Assembly (NCBI GenBank): GCA_964016885.1
Contig: OZ024741.1
Coordinates: 264,616,001-264,680,000 of the forward strand
Direction: 5' to 3'
Length of the DNA: 64,000 nucleotides
Origin: Eledone cirrhosa
Lineage: Eukaryota
The position numbers and the translations under genes are program-made. This document shows positions 12,082-24,959 of this stretch, piece after piece. The notes beneath the pieces were generated by a model that was not told the origin of the DNA, searched no databases, and worked only from the letters and a program-made list of their open reading frames with translations. Positions within the stretch are counted from its first letter, which is position 1; each line of letters begins with the position of its first letter.

Positions 12082-12102
12082 AGAGGAGGATAAAAGAAAT
12101 AC

Positions 12103-12288
12103 TAGTTTCTACTTTTAGCACAAGGCCAGCAATTACCCGACTGTATTACTGGTACTTTATTTTGTCGACCCCGTAAAGATAAAAGACAAAGCTAACCTGG
12201 GCGGGATTTGAATTCAGAACGTAAAGGGCTATAACTCTGTGTTGCAAAGCATGGTGTCTGACGCTCTACTGATACTGCCAATCCACCA
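12103..12288 (-). mobile_element. MetaSINE-like SINE
   Basis: Reverse complement of the consensus shared with 14838-15022. Confidence 0.85.
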
Positions 12289-12319
12289 AGAAATAATGTT
12301 TATTAACTTCTCGGCAGAG

Positions 12320-12745
12320 TTGTTCTGTTAGAGAACGGGTTGCGGGATAATGACCGAAAGACTACACTCGTGAATAGAAGCGGCCAAAATGGGATTCCTC
12401 CGAAGGATCTTTGGAATAACGTTACTCGATAGAGTGCGTAGCTGGGAGATCAGAGAGTCACTCCAGGTTGAGCCACTACTTCTCAGAACTGAGAGATCAC
12501 AGCTCCGATACTGTGGGCATGTGGTTAGAATGTCTCGGGAAAAAATCGCTTGGACAGATTTTACGGGGCAAACCAGTCGGTACGAGACCCAGGAATGGAC
12601 CCCGAGCATGATGGTTGGATAACAACCATGAGCTTGGCTGGTTGGTCTTGCTTGGGGATCAAGCCGGACCAGTTGGAGACGGTTGCTTCTGGCGGGAGTG
12701 TTTGAGGACTCTGCCTTTCACGACTCTCTCAGGAATAATTGGGCG
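12320..12745 (+). mobile_element. Decayed RTE-clade LINE 3' fragment with a (GAA)n tail
   Basis: MGFLRRIFGITLLDRVRSWEIRESLQVEPLLLRTERSQLRYCGHVVRM is a typical RTE post-RT region. Confidence 0.8.
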
Positions 12746-13161
12746 AAGAAGAAGAAAGTGGTGGTGGGGGGGGGGGAGAAGAAGAAGAAGAAGAAGAAGA
12801 AGAAGAAGAAGAAGAAGAAGAAGAAGAAGAAGAAGAAGAAGAAGAAGAAGAAGAATGAGGAGGAGGAGGAGGAGGAGGAGGAGGAGGAGAAGAAGAAGAA
12901 GAAGAAGAAGAAGAAGAAGAAGAAGAATGAGGAGGAGGAGGAGGAGGAGGAGGCGGAGGAGGAGGAGGAGGAGGAGAAGGAGAAGAAGAAGAAGAAGAAG
13001 AAGAAGGAGGAGGAGGAAGAGGGGGGAGAAGAAGAAGAAGAAGAAGAAGAAGAAGGAGGAGGAAGAGGAGAGGGGGAGAAGAAGAAGAAGAAGAAGAAGA
13101 AGAAGAAGAAGAAGGAGGAGGAGGAGGAGGAGGAGGAGGAGGAGGAGGAGGAGGAGAAGAA
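12746..13161. repeat. (GAA)n/(GAG)n polypurine tract
   Basis: Direct observation. Confidence 0.95.
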
Positions 13162-14186
13162 GTTAATTATCGGAGTAAAGTAAAATAACAAATGAGGTTG
13201 TGTTCAGTAGAATTAGCGGTATGTTGATCTTCACACAAATACCAACTGATTGACGACACGTGGCCTACAGTTCAATGACCTGTGAACTCTGTAACAGAAC
13301 ATTTTCTCACATATGGCTCCATGTACACTACATATTTTCACAGCTTATCTTGAACTACTACTGCATTCATGTAGCAATTCTGCGCGAATAATTAGTAGAT
13401 TATCCGTTATCCTGCACCTGAAAGTTACCTAGGATGATAAAGTTGTGTATTTGCACTCATTGACATTCTATGCTCGGTTCAGTGCGGTTTTTTTTTTTTT
13501 TTTTTTCACTTGTGCCCTCGTATAACCTTCTATTATAAATGCTGGTCTCCACACCTCAGGTCTCAGGTGCCAGGTGCCAATACCTCACCCCTATCTACTG
13601 CTTCGTTTAGTCAGTCAGTCAGTCAGGCAGTCAAACGTATCATGTGGGAGAAGACGCAACTCATTTAAAATAAATAAAAAAATAACAACGACAACAACAA
13701 CAACAACAACAACAACAATAATAATAACAGCGCCAGCGCCAGCAACAACAGCAACAACAGCAACAGCAACAACAGCAACTACAATAACAAGATCAACAGC
13801 AACAATAACAACAACAACAGCAACAACAATAACAACAACGATAACAACAACAATAACTATACTGGTCGACCTCCTACCGTGAACTCCCTGTAAATGTGTA
13901 AGACGAGAGACTTAGCACTTCATATTTCGAAAGGGATGTCCTCTCTCCCCTCCCTAAAGATACCCAGATTTCTTAAAAGCCCGTAAATCAAAACGAATTA
14001 AAACAGTTAGAAGATGCAGTTCCGTGGAACAGAGCATGCGATGATGAATGGCCCCAGGAGATAACTTGGAAATAACTGGGAAACAAACACGCAATGTTCC
14101 CAGGGGGAATAAATTACGAAAAGACTATTTATTTATTTATTTATTTATTAATATTATTATTATTATTGTTGTTATTATTATTGCTA

Positions 14187-14799
14187 TTCTTCTTCAAGTT
14201 TCACCTGGAAAGGAAGGTGAGGGTGGAGAGAGAAGTGCTGCCCCCTCTAGTACATTTGCTGAAAGGTGGTTGAATGCGGCAAGAATGGCCCGTGTGAATG
14301 GGCCTACTCTGACTATGCGCCTATAGGCTAGCTAATTTGAGGAGGAGAGGGGTGCTCTCCCCGGGTGCCCTAGAAGCGCAGGGTAGTTCAGGATTGGTGG
14401 GGTAACTGAGTCACTCATGGCTCGTCCACCCCCACCCCCAACCCCTATAGGGGAATTTATTTTGTTATATTTATGCATAGTTTATTTTATATTTTTTATA
14501 TCTTCATTGTTAAATTAGTCTTGCCATTGTGCACTTTTACTCAAGCTTATTGTAAACCCCCACTGTCCTTGTCTTTGTATTGTCCCCTACATGTCGGTCC
14601 TTGTGGCCAATAAATGAAATCATTATTATTGTTATTATTATTATTGTTGTATCTTTATATATAGTTTATTTTTTATAATTTTTCATTGTTAAATTGGTTT
14701 TGTTATTGTGTATTTTCACTTAATTTTATTGTAAACCCCCACTGTCCCCGTCTTTGTATTGTCTCCCATGACCGGCTCTTGTGGCCAATAATAAAGAAA

Positions 14800-14800
<1 letters not shown>
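14187..14800 (+). mobile_element. Tx1/L1-like LINE 3' ends (14187-14620 and 14650-14800) in (ATT)n
   Basis: Homologous to 56208-56615 (RWLNAARMARVNGPTLTMRL* plus 3'UTR). Confidence 0.85.
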
Positions 14801-14836
<36 letters not shown>

Positions 14837-14837
14837 C

Positions 14838-15022
14838 GTGTGGATTGGCAGTATCGGTAGAGGGTCGGACACCATGCTTTGAAGCATAGAGTTACGTCCC
14901 TTTATGATCTGAGTTCAAATCCCGCTGAGGTTAACTTTGCCTTTCATCCTTACGGGGTCGATAAAATAAAGTACCAGTAATGTACTGGGTATTTGATGGC
15001 CTTGTGCCAAAAGTAGAAACAA
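14838..15022 (+). mobile_element. MetaSINE-like SINE, near full length
   Basis: TGGCAGTATCGGTAGAG A-box, GAGTTCAAATCCC B-box, GCCTTTCATCCTTACGGGGTCGATAAA core, (ATT)n tail. Confidence 0.88.
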
Positions 15023-15637
15023 TTATTATCATTATTGTTGTTGCTATTATTATCACTAGCAGAAAACCCACCCATGGGGTGGATTTCTGCTAGCATGTGT
15101 AGTGTGTATATTGATATTATACGCAGGTATATATGATACATGTAGATATGATACATCAAATAAAATCGTAATTGACAATATATAATACATAGAAATTGAA
15201 CGAAGTCTTATGTAATCAGTAACGTAATCCATGATACATTAAAAAAAGACGATATTATATATAAACTGCATTAGGAGAAAATTAGTGACGGAAATATATG
15301 AATGTTTATTTAAGCGATCGCTAACCGGAAGTGTTGACATTTGAAAATGTTAAAGAAGTGAATCTTAAAATAAGCAACAAAATTATTTATATTTAATCAA
15401 GAATAACGAAAATTAGTAGATAAATTATGTAATCATTTATTATTTATTCAAATCCTTACGGGGGTCGATAAACCAAAGTACCAGTAATGCACTGTGATAA
15501 TTGCTGGCCTTGTGCCAAAAGTAGAAACAATTTTTTATTCAAAGTAATCCAACTTACTTTACAAACGGGATAAAGAAAATATATTCTGGACGCAGTCCCG
15601 CACTCCTTACTTTATTATAGTTTAGACTATCATCTGT

Positions 15638-15703
<66 letters not shown>

Positions 15704-15785
15704 CCTGTCAGTGATTTACGAAGTTGTAGCATTTAGGATTATACAATATGACCTTGCTATATAACTGCTAAAGTACACACTGGCG

Positions 15786-15922
15786 TTGATGATGGTGATG
15801 ATGATGGTGGTGGTGGTGTTGCTGTTGTTGTTGATGATGATGATGATGATGGTGGTGTTGCTGATGTTGCTGCTGATGTTGTTGTTGATGATGATGATGA
15901 TGTTAATGATGATGACGACGAC

Positions 15923-15955
<33 letters not shown>

Positions 15956-16036
15956 AATGGTGTTATTGATGATGATGATGATGTTGATGACTTCGATGAT
16001 GTTGATGGTGATGATGATGGCGGTGATGATGATGAT
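15786..16036. repeat. (GAT)n-rich trinucleotide tract
   Basis: Direct observation. Confidence 0.9.
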
Positions 16037-16077
16037 GCCATGCATACTCACATATTCGTACACATACACACACACAC

Positions 16078-16203
<126 letters not shown>

Positions 16204-16363
16204 ATACACATACGTACACATCAGACCCAGGCGGCAGACATTTTCCTTATGCAAGCCGACATTCATACAAATACATTCACAGATAAACACGTGATCCGGT
16301 TAATGCTTACGTAACGTCGTAACATTGAAGTTTCTGAATTCAACACAGCAGACATGTTGTAAA

Positions 16364-17105
16364 TACAGAGTACTCCCGACATTCGCGGAATTTTCCTTAG
16401 AGTCTAATTAATAATTGTTCGTTTTAAACTACCGCATATTCGCGGAATCGTGAATATCTCCCGTGATTTTTTTGTGGCTTTTTTCGTGGCAATATATAAT
16501 TTTTCCCGCTTTTTAACACTAAATTATTAATTGTTTCTACTTTTGGCACAAGGCCAGCAATTATCCAGTGCATTACTGGTACTTTATTTTATCGACCTCG
16601 TAAAGATGAAAGGCAAAGTTAACCTCGGCGGGATTTGAACTCAGATCGCAAAGCATGGCGTCTGACCCTCTACCGATACTGCCAACCCATCGCCCTTTAT
16701 TGCCAAATTATTAATAATGGTTTCTTATATAGGCACAAGGCCAGTAATTTGGTGGGAGGGGAAAGTCGATAAAATCCACCCCAGTGCGTGACTGGTACTT
16801 TATTTTATCGACCCCCATAAGGATGAAAGGCAAAGTTAACCTCGGCGGGATTTGAGCTCAGATCATAAAGAGCCGTAACTCTATGCTGCAAAAGCATGGC
16901 GTCTGACCCTCTACCGATGCTGCCAACCCACCGCCCTTTACTGCCAAATTATTAATAACAATATACCGTATTTGCCGGCCTATATTTTACGTTATCTTTT
17001 AACGTTTATAGGCTTTTTTAAGGACCACGTCCAATATTCGCGGTTTTTCGCTCTTCGCGGGTGCTCTAGGAACGTAATCCCCGCGAATACCGGTGGATTG
17101 CTGTA
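16364..17105. mobile_element. Tigger/pogo-like MITE interrupted by two SINEs (16531-16696 and 16718-16937, minus strand)
   Basis: Imperfect TIRs TA-CAGAGTACTCCCGACATTCGCGG...CCGCGAATACCGGTGGATTGCTG-TA; subterminal ATATTCGCGG motifs. Confidence 0.55.
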
Positions 17106-17224
17106 CATGGTCGTATCTTGTCAGCTCTCACAAATATGGCGCTGGTCTGTGATAAAGAACCATAAATGTAGAACTAAGTGTTCTGCACCTAATTCTATCT
17201 ATTCCCCTCTGTCACCGTCAGTAA

Positions 17225-18283
17225 ATGTGTATATATGTGTGTGTGTGCGTATTTGTTAGTGTGTGTGAATATGTTTCTTAAAGTGTGTGTATCTATGTGT
17301 GTGTGTGAGTGTGTGTGTATCTATGTGTGTGTGTGTGTGCGTATTTTTTAGTGTGTGTATCTATGTGTGTGAATGTATGTGTATCTATGTGTGTGTGAGT
17401 GTGCGTATTTTTTAGTGTGTGAGTATGTTTCTTAAAGTGTGTGTATCTATGTGTGTGTGTGCGTATTTTTTAGTGTATAGGTATGTTTCTTAAAGTGTGT
17501 GTATCTATGTGTGTGTGTGAGTGTGTGTGTATCTATGTGTGTGTGTGTGCGTATTTTTTAGTGTGTGAGTATGTTTCTTAAAGTGTGTGTATCTATGTGT
17601 GTGTGTGTGTGCGTATTTTTTAGTGTGTGTGAATATGTTTCTTGAAGTGTGTGTATCTATGTGTGTGTGTGAATGTGTGTGTGCGCGTATTTTTTAGTGT
17701 GTGTGAATATGTTTCTTAAAGTGTGTGTATCTATGTGTGTGTGTGTGCGTGTGTGTGTGTGCTTATTTTTTAGTGTGTAGGTATGTGTCTTAAAGTGTGT
17801 GTATCTATGTGTGTGTGTGAGTGTGTGTGTATCTATGTGTGTGTGTAAGCTTATTTTTTAGTGTGTGAGTATGTTTCTTAAAGTGTGTGTATCTATGTGT
17901 GTGTGTGTGCGTATTTTTTAGTGTGTGAGTATGTTTCTTAAAGTGTGTGTATCTATGTGTGTGTATCTATGTGTGTGTGTGTGCGTATTTTTTAGTGTGT
18001 GTGAGTATGTTTATTTGTGTATGTGTGTTGGTGCGTAAGTATGCTTCTTTGTGTGTGTGTGTGTGTGCGTGTGCATATTTTTTAGTGTGTGTGTATGTTT
18101 CTTTGTGTGTGTGCGTGTGTGTATGTGTGCATATGTATATGTGTGTGTCAGTGTCTGTGTGTCTGTGTGTGTGTGTTTGTGTCTATGTGTGTGTGTGTGC
18201 GTGTCTATGTCTATGTGTGTGTGTGTGTGTGTATGTCTGTGTATCTGTATGTGCCTGTGACTGTATGTGTGTTTGTGTCTATG

Positions 18284-18314
<31 letters not shown>

Positions 18315-18520
18315 CTGTGTATCTGTATGTGCCTGTGACTGTATGTGTGTTTGTGACTGTGTCTATGTGTGTGTATGTCCCTGTGTATCTGTATGTGCCT
18401 GTGACTGTATGTGTGTTTGTGTCTATGTCTATGTGTCTATGTGTGCGTGTGTCCCTGTGTATCTGTATGTGCCTGTGACTGTATGTGTGTTTGTGTCTAT
18501 GTCTATGTGTGTGTGTGTAT
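17225..18520. repeat. Two GT-rich compound minisatellites
   Basis: Units GCGTATTTTTTAGTGTGTGAGTATGTTTCTTAAAGTGTGTGTATCTATGTGT (17225-18030) and CTGTGTATCTGTATGTGCCTGTGACTGTATGTGTGTTTGTGTCTATGT (18230-18520). Confidence 0.88.
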
Positions 18521-18697
18521 ATCTGTATATGTGACTGTGTGTATGTTTAGGTGTATTTGGTCTGTATTGTAATCTTTTTCCATCTGCCTGTCTGTAAATG
18601 TACGAATGTAGTTTTAGCGATTTATCTAACACCTAGATCTCTCACCCCCCTCTCTCTCTCTGTCATTCTATCTCGTTATCTATCTCCCCCTCCCCCC

Positions 18698-18731
<34 letters not shown>

Positions 18732-18907
18732 GAGTGTGTGTGTGTGTATGTATATAAATATATAAATATATATATATGTATGTATAGAAATGTCTATATA
18801 TGTATATGAATATATATTTATATATGTATATATATATATGTATATACATATGTGTATATATATATGTGTATATATATATATATGTGGCTAGAATACGTTA
18901 TAGAGTA

Positions 18908-18938
<31 letters not shown>

Positions 18939-18939
18939 G

Positions 18940-19028
<89 letters not shown>

Positions 19029-19331
19029 ATGTGTGTGTGTGTGCGTGTGTGTGTGTGTGTGTGAATATATATATATAATACACATATATATATACACTTA
19101 AACATTAACAGTGAACCCAGTGATGAAGTTTATAGGTTCTTAATACGTGTCTTGTTTTGGTTTGTTTCTCTTTATGATCACGTTCGTCCTCCATTAATGG
19201 CTGCAAATGGCGTTTCTCATTACTGCATAATAAATACTGTAATAGATTGACAGACAGACTAACAGACAGACAGACTAACAGACAGACAGCCAAACAGACA
19301 GACAGCTGGACTGACAGATAGATATGCAGAC

Positions 19332-19835
19332 AGTCTAGATAGATGAGAAACAAAACGAGGGTGTAGTTTATGGAACACCCACATGATTTAAAAGTCGACC
19401 TTAAGTAGGAGCAATAACATTAAGAAAGTCATGAACGACACCACAACACTTTGTTTTGAAAATGTTGAAAGTAGGTTTATAAGTATGAATGTTCATTAGA
19501 TTTTCGTAGTTGTCTCTGTGGCCTAGTGGTAGGTACTAGAGACGGTGGAGATCCTGGCATTGGGTTCAATCCTGGTCAGCTTTTTTTATTTTACAACCCT
19601 TAGAAAAAACTGAAAAGGTTTACTGGGAACCCTACTCCCTACCAGGATTGAACTTCAGACCAGGATCATCCCCGTCTTTGATTCCTCCAACTAGGCCACG
19701 GAGACAGATACAAACGTAAAATGAAAATTGATAATTATAAACCTACTTTCAGAATCAAAGTTAAAAAGATGTGGTGTCATTCATGGCTTTCCTAGAGCAA
19801 TTAGTAATATTTAGGGTCGACTTGTCAATCTTATG
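19332..19835. repeat. Imperfect inverted-repeat element with two convergent tRNA-like Pol III units, copy 1
   Basis: Plus strand GTGGCCTAGTGG (19518) ... GGTTCAATCC (19563) ... T7 (19581); mirror unit on the minus strand; arms extend out to GTCGAC motifs at about 19394 and 19817. Confidence 0.7.
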
Positions 19836-20018
19836 GCCCTTTGATAACAACCTAATTATTCCTATGTGTGTTTAACTGTTGATTTGATTATTTTAGCATA
19901 TATATATGAATAAAGTAAGCCTAAATCATAGTAAATTCAAATATCATGAGAGAAAGCGAGAGAGATGAGGAGAAATGAGGTGCAACAGAAATGAAATATG
20001 GATTACAGGTTAAAATAT

Positions 20019-20490
20019 AGTCTAGATAGATGTAAAACAAAACGAGGATGTAGTTTATGGAACACCCAAATGATTTAGAAGTCAACCTTAAGTAGGATCA
20101 ATAACATTAAGAAAGACATGAACACTTTGTTTTGAAAATGTTAAATGTAGGTTTATAAGTATGAATTTTCTTAAGGTCTTCGTAGTTGTCTCTGTGGTCT
20201 AGCGGTAAGTACTAGAGACGGTGGCGCTCTTGACCTTCGGTTCAATCCTGGTCAACTTTTTTTTTTTTATTTTACAACCAATAGAAAAAAACTAAAAAGG
20301 TTTACTGGGAACTCTACTCCCGACCAGGATCACCACTGGCTATGATTCCTCCAGCTAGGCCACGGAGATAGTTATAAAAGTATAATGAAAATTGATAATT
20401 ATAAACCTGCTTTCAAAATCAAAGTTAAAAAGATGTAGTGTCGTTCATGGCTTTCCTAGAACAATTAGTAATATTTAGGGTCGACTTCTG
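20019..20490. repeat. Tandem second copy of the convergent tRNA-like inverted-repeat element
   Basis: Collinear with 19332-19823; internal deletion in the right arm. Confidence 0.75.
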
Positions 20491-20678
20491 GTTATTATTG
20501 AAAGTCTCTGGATTTGGCAAAATACATAATAATTTTTATTGGAGAAGGTAAGATTTTTTCCGCAAAAATTTGATTGCACTGTTTTGTTTCCACTTATGTA
20601 TTTTTCAAAAATGTTATTTATTCATTATAAAAATTAAATGATAGCATTCTATATGTATGCATATACATACATATATAA

Positions 20679-20731
<53 letters not shown>

Positions 20732-20932
20732 GGTTTGAGGTTCACCACTGTATAGAGCTGGTCTATTCCGTATGGTCAATCGTAATGCAATAATATAGAG
20801 AGTACTCAACGTAAAGCAGTTCAACCGTCTTTGTTTTTGTAGTTGGTGGTGCTATTACGGAGTTAAATATTATAATGAAATGACAAGAGGCCGTAATGCA
20901 ATAATATAGAGAGTACTCCTGTCATTTCATTA

Positions 20933-20986
<54 letters not shown>

Positions 20987-21258
20987 GATAAATCTACCAT
21001 TCAATGGTAGGGTCTAAACCGTATGAAGAAGTCAATGAAATCCGTATGTAGATGTCGTGAAGCAAAGTTTAAAATACAAAATTTTCAACGATATAATTCA
21101 TTGGATACAGAGTCAAAAATAGAAATATTAAAACAATGAAATTAAACAAAAAAACTGTTAATTCATTAAATAATTAGTTTTATTATGAATTAACCGTTTT
21201 TTGTTTAATTATGTAATACGATATTAACAAATGGAAACTATATTTACAAAACCATATC

Positions 21259-21323
21259 TATTTTATTATACATATTTCAAGGATACCATGTTAAATTATG
21301 GTATGCTTTCATCAGACAAAATA
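21259..21323 (-). ncRNA. Type-I hammerhead ribozyme with an intact core
   Basis: TATTTTGT-CTGATGA-AAGCATACCAT-loop-ATGGTATCCTT-GAAA-TATGTA-TA-ATAAAATA; 8-bp stem I, 10 of 11 pairs in stem II. Confidence 0.8.
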
Positions 21324-21397
21324 CAATATATACCAGTTTTATAAATAAATATTGGCATACCCTTACAAAATGCAACCATTACTGTTGGAAGATTCCT

Positions 21398-21545
21398 AAA
21401 TTTATAAATTTAATTTATAATAAATTGAAGTGAAAGCAACTGGTGCGTGTGTTTCTTATTGGCAACATGACCCTCCCAAAGTATAACAATATCGGTTTCA
21501 ACACACGTTTTCAGATAAAGAATCTTGCTAAACAAATTCAGAAAT
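21398..21545 (+). mobile_element. Conserved terminal module of about 150 bp associated with hammerheads (Penelope pLTR-like)
   Basis: Near-identical copies at 32409-32585 (minus) and 49594-49760 (plus); each ends at (TA)n. Confidence 0.75.
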
Positions 21546-21749
21546 GATATATATGTATATATATATATGTCAAATGGGACAAACCTGTCTAACCCATGCT
21601 ACCGTGGAAGATGGACGTTAAACAATAATGATGATGATACAGCACATATATATATGTGTGTCTGTGTGTGTATGCGCGCGTGTGTGTGTGTGTGTGTGTG
21701 TGTGTGCACTGTTGATACAGTGTTACAAGGTAACATAAATATAAAAGTC

Positions 21750-21992
21750 TAAAGTCTGTCTTAAGCCAGAAGGCTCATTTGGCCGGTGCTTGTCCCGGTT
21801 TCATGGTGTGAAGCGACTGAGAGTACAATACTCGCCCCTGGACAGGACGCCAGTCCATCGCAGGGTTAAACCCCCGCTGGTACTCATTTTCAGCTGAGTA
21901 TACTGGAGCAACGTGAAATGAAGTGTTTTGCTCAAGAACACAACACGCAGCCCAGGAATCGAACCCACGACATTATGATCGTAAGTCCAACA
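21750..21992 (-). mobile_element. tRNA-derived CORE-type SINE
   Basis: Minus strand GGGTTCGATTCC B-box followed by TGTGTTCTTGAGCAAAACACTTCATTTCACGTTGCTCCAG. Confidence 0.75.
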
Positions 21993-22122
21993 CCTGTGGG
22001 AAAAAAGTTTCGTTATGTATGTTTGTGTATATTTGCCTTTTTATGTATGTATGTATATATGTATCTATGTATGTATGTTCTATATATATGTGTGCGTCTG
22101 TGTGTGATTATATATATATAGA

Positions 22123-22202
22123 TATAGTGTATCCCAAAAAATGTATACACATATTTATTTGAATGCTGTGTAATTGTGTATACATTTTTGGGGACACCTT
22201 GT
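22123..22202. mobile_element. Tiny Tc1/mariner-like MITE
   Basis: TIRs GTGTATCCCAAAAAATGTATACACA / TGTGTATACATTTTTGGGGACAC; second copy at 40228-40330. Confidence 0.6.
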
Positions 22203-23525
22203 TTATATAAACTTGAGAATGTTATCGCCTCTATCATCCTTCTAGCAACCGACATAGAATAGTAAGTTTGTGGATTAGATTGCAAATTGAATATAGCTCT
22301 CATAATATCTAGTATCTGTCAATGACAGGGAGAAGAATTAAAGATTTAAAAGTTCTGTTTCCTTTGCCTTTCAAGAACGGGAAATAAATAGAAGACCATA
22401 AATATATTTTCCCTAGGCATGATTCAATGCCACAAACTGGTTGCTAATAGATTTATTTTATCCATTTCTATCTAAATTGACGCCATTTTTTTTCATATAT
22501 ATTCCCTTCACTAAAATTCTAAAATGAGGCCATTTTGAATTTAAGTGTCTTTTATTTTAAGGTGAAGCGTTATAAGAGATAAACACGAAATAAAACTAAA
22601 CAGCTCAATACTTTAATCTATATAATATCTGATCCATTTATTTCGGTAATTAAGAATGTACTTACAGAAATATGGTTGGACGCCGAGGTCGCGTTTAGTT
22701 TTATGTAAATAAGCAGCTAGGACCACCAAATACATAAATCTGAACGTAGATACATCCAACGAAAGTTATCACCGAATGTCCTTATACTTAAATAATACAC
22801 ACCGAAAACAAAGCCAACAATAAACAAAACGCCCAGGGATAAGACCATTGAATGCCAAACTTGTAACTATTACACTCAATAGAACAAAGACAATTACAAA
22901 CTAAATATCTATGTTATATATAAGACGTTATCTATAATTACTACATCAGACAGCACCCATATTTCCTGACTCAAACTCCATAAACCTAATCACCAACCCG
23001 CTCCAAATACCAGTGTAGGGGAGACAGAGTCTCTCAAGCTGCAGTAGTCACATTACGCAGTTTCTGTATAAGACTAAACAATAATTATTTATTATTATCT
23101 GCGGTGACTGCAACCGCGTAATAATCTACACCAACCAGACCCATTGTATTTAACCTAGTTTTTGTATTTAGGGTTTCAAATCAATTTTGAGTTAACTTTC
23201 CTTATAAATTCTTTGGAGTATGAGGCTTTATAATATCAATAAGATACTAATGTTTACTCAAAAGATTATACTCTCCCCTCATTATAGATTCTTCCATTAC
23301 AAAGTGACAAAACATTTTCTTTAAGTAAATATAGTTCTAGTGATTTGGGAATATGTGAGAGTATGTATGTGCATGTATGTTTATATATGTGTATATGTAT
23401 GGGTGTGAATGTTTGTTTGCGTGTATGTGTATGCGTGTGTAAAGCCTCCTTAAGACACGAAGGAAAATATCGAAATCAGAAATAGTTAACAGCAAGACAA
23501 AGTTTATTACTTAATGTGAAATAAT

Positions 23526-23961
23526 AGTTTTTGATTTAGGCACAAGGCCAACCATTTTGAGATGAGGGGAAAGTTGATTAACTCGATCCCAGTGCATTAC
23601 TGGTACTTTATTATATCGACCCCGTAAGAATGAAAGGCAAAGCTAATCTCGGTCGGATTTTAACTCAGAATGTAATGGGCCGCAAAGCATGTTTCCGATG
23701 CTCTACCGATTACTGCCAATCCACCGCCCTAATGATATTAAATAATTGTCTCTACTTTAGGCACAAGGCCAGCAATTACCCAGTACATTACTGGTACTTT
23801 ATTTTATCGACCCCGTAAGGATGAAAGGCAAAGTCAACCTCGGCGGGATATTAAATAATTGTTTCTACTTTTGGCACAAGGCCAGCAATTACCCAGTACA
23901 TTACTGGTACTTTATTTTATCGACCCCGTAAGGATGAAAGGCAAAGTTAACCTCGGCGGGA
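23526..23961 (-). mobile_element. MetaSINE-like SINE plus two tandem partial copies (period about 113 bp)
   Basis: Consensus match; repeated block at 23745-23850 and 23858-23961. Confidence 0.85.
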
Positions 23962-23989
23962 TATTAAATAATGACGTGAAACTAGACTA

Positions 23990-24335
23990 GCAACAATACC
24001 AACACAATAACAACACAATAACAACACAATAGCAACAATAGCAACAATAACAACAACAACAACAATAACAACACAATAGCAACAATAACACAATTACAAC
24101 ACAATAGCAACAATAACAACACCAACAACACTAACAACAACTAAAACATTAACAATAACAACAACAATAACAACACTAACAATAACAACAACAACTAAAA
24201 CATTAACAATAACAACAACAACATTAACAACAACAACAACAACAATAACAACAAAAATAACAACACTAACAGCAATAACAACAACAACAACACTGACAAT
24301 AACAACAACAACAACACTAACAACAACAGCAGTAA
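23990..24335. repeat. (AAC)n/(AAT)n tract
   Basis: Direct observation. Confidence 0.9.
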
Positions 24336-24959
24336 TAACATCATCTATAAGCCAAAGATGTGATCGTTCACAACAGGAATGTGTTTAATTATGCTTAATC
24401 AGAGCCACTTAGCTAAAACCAAGGCCAACATCTGCAACGGGATCAAGTATTTTGTAATGTTTCCTCATGCTTCGGTTGCGACAGCCAATCAAAATATTTA
24501 CAATATTTCAAAAGAAAATCAGTACCATGTATATATATAGTACAGTGTGTGTGTGTGTGTGTGTGTACGTATGTGTGTGTGTGTTTGTTTCTGTGTGAAT
24601 ATATATATATATATACATACAGACATACAGACATACATACATGTATGCATACATACATACATACATACATGCATACATACATATATACATACATACATAG
24701 ACATGCATACAAACATACATACATACATACATACATAGACATGCATACATGCATACATACATACGTACATACATACATACATACATACATACATACATAC
24801 ATACATACATACATACATACATAGACATGCATACAATACATACATACATACATAAACATGCATACATACATACATAGACATACATACATACATACATACA
24901 AACATACATGTATACATACATACATAGACATGCATACATACATACATACATACATACAT

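Noticed and set aside
15054-15092. CTAGCAGAAA…TTTCTGCTAG hairpin as a Helitron end or terminator
   Set aside because: Single occurrence with no supporting element structure
19510-19590. Functional tRNA gene (also 20190-20260 and 32100-32165)
   Set aside because: A and B boxes are present but no convincing acceptor stem or anticodon arm could be folded; kept as tRNA-like only
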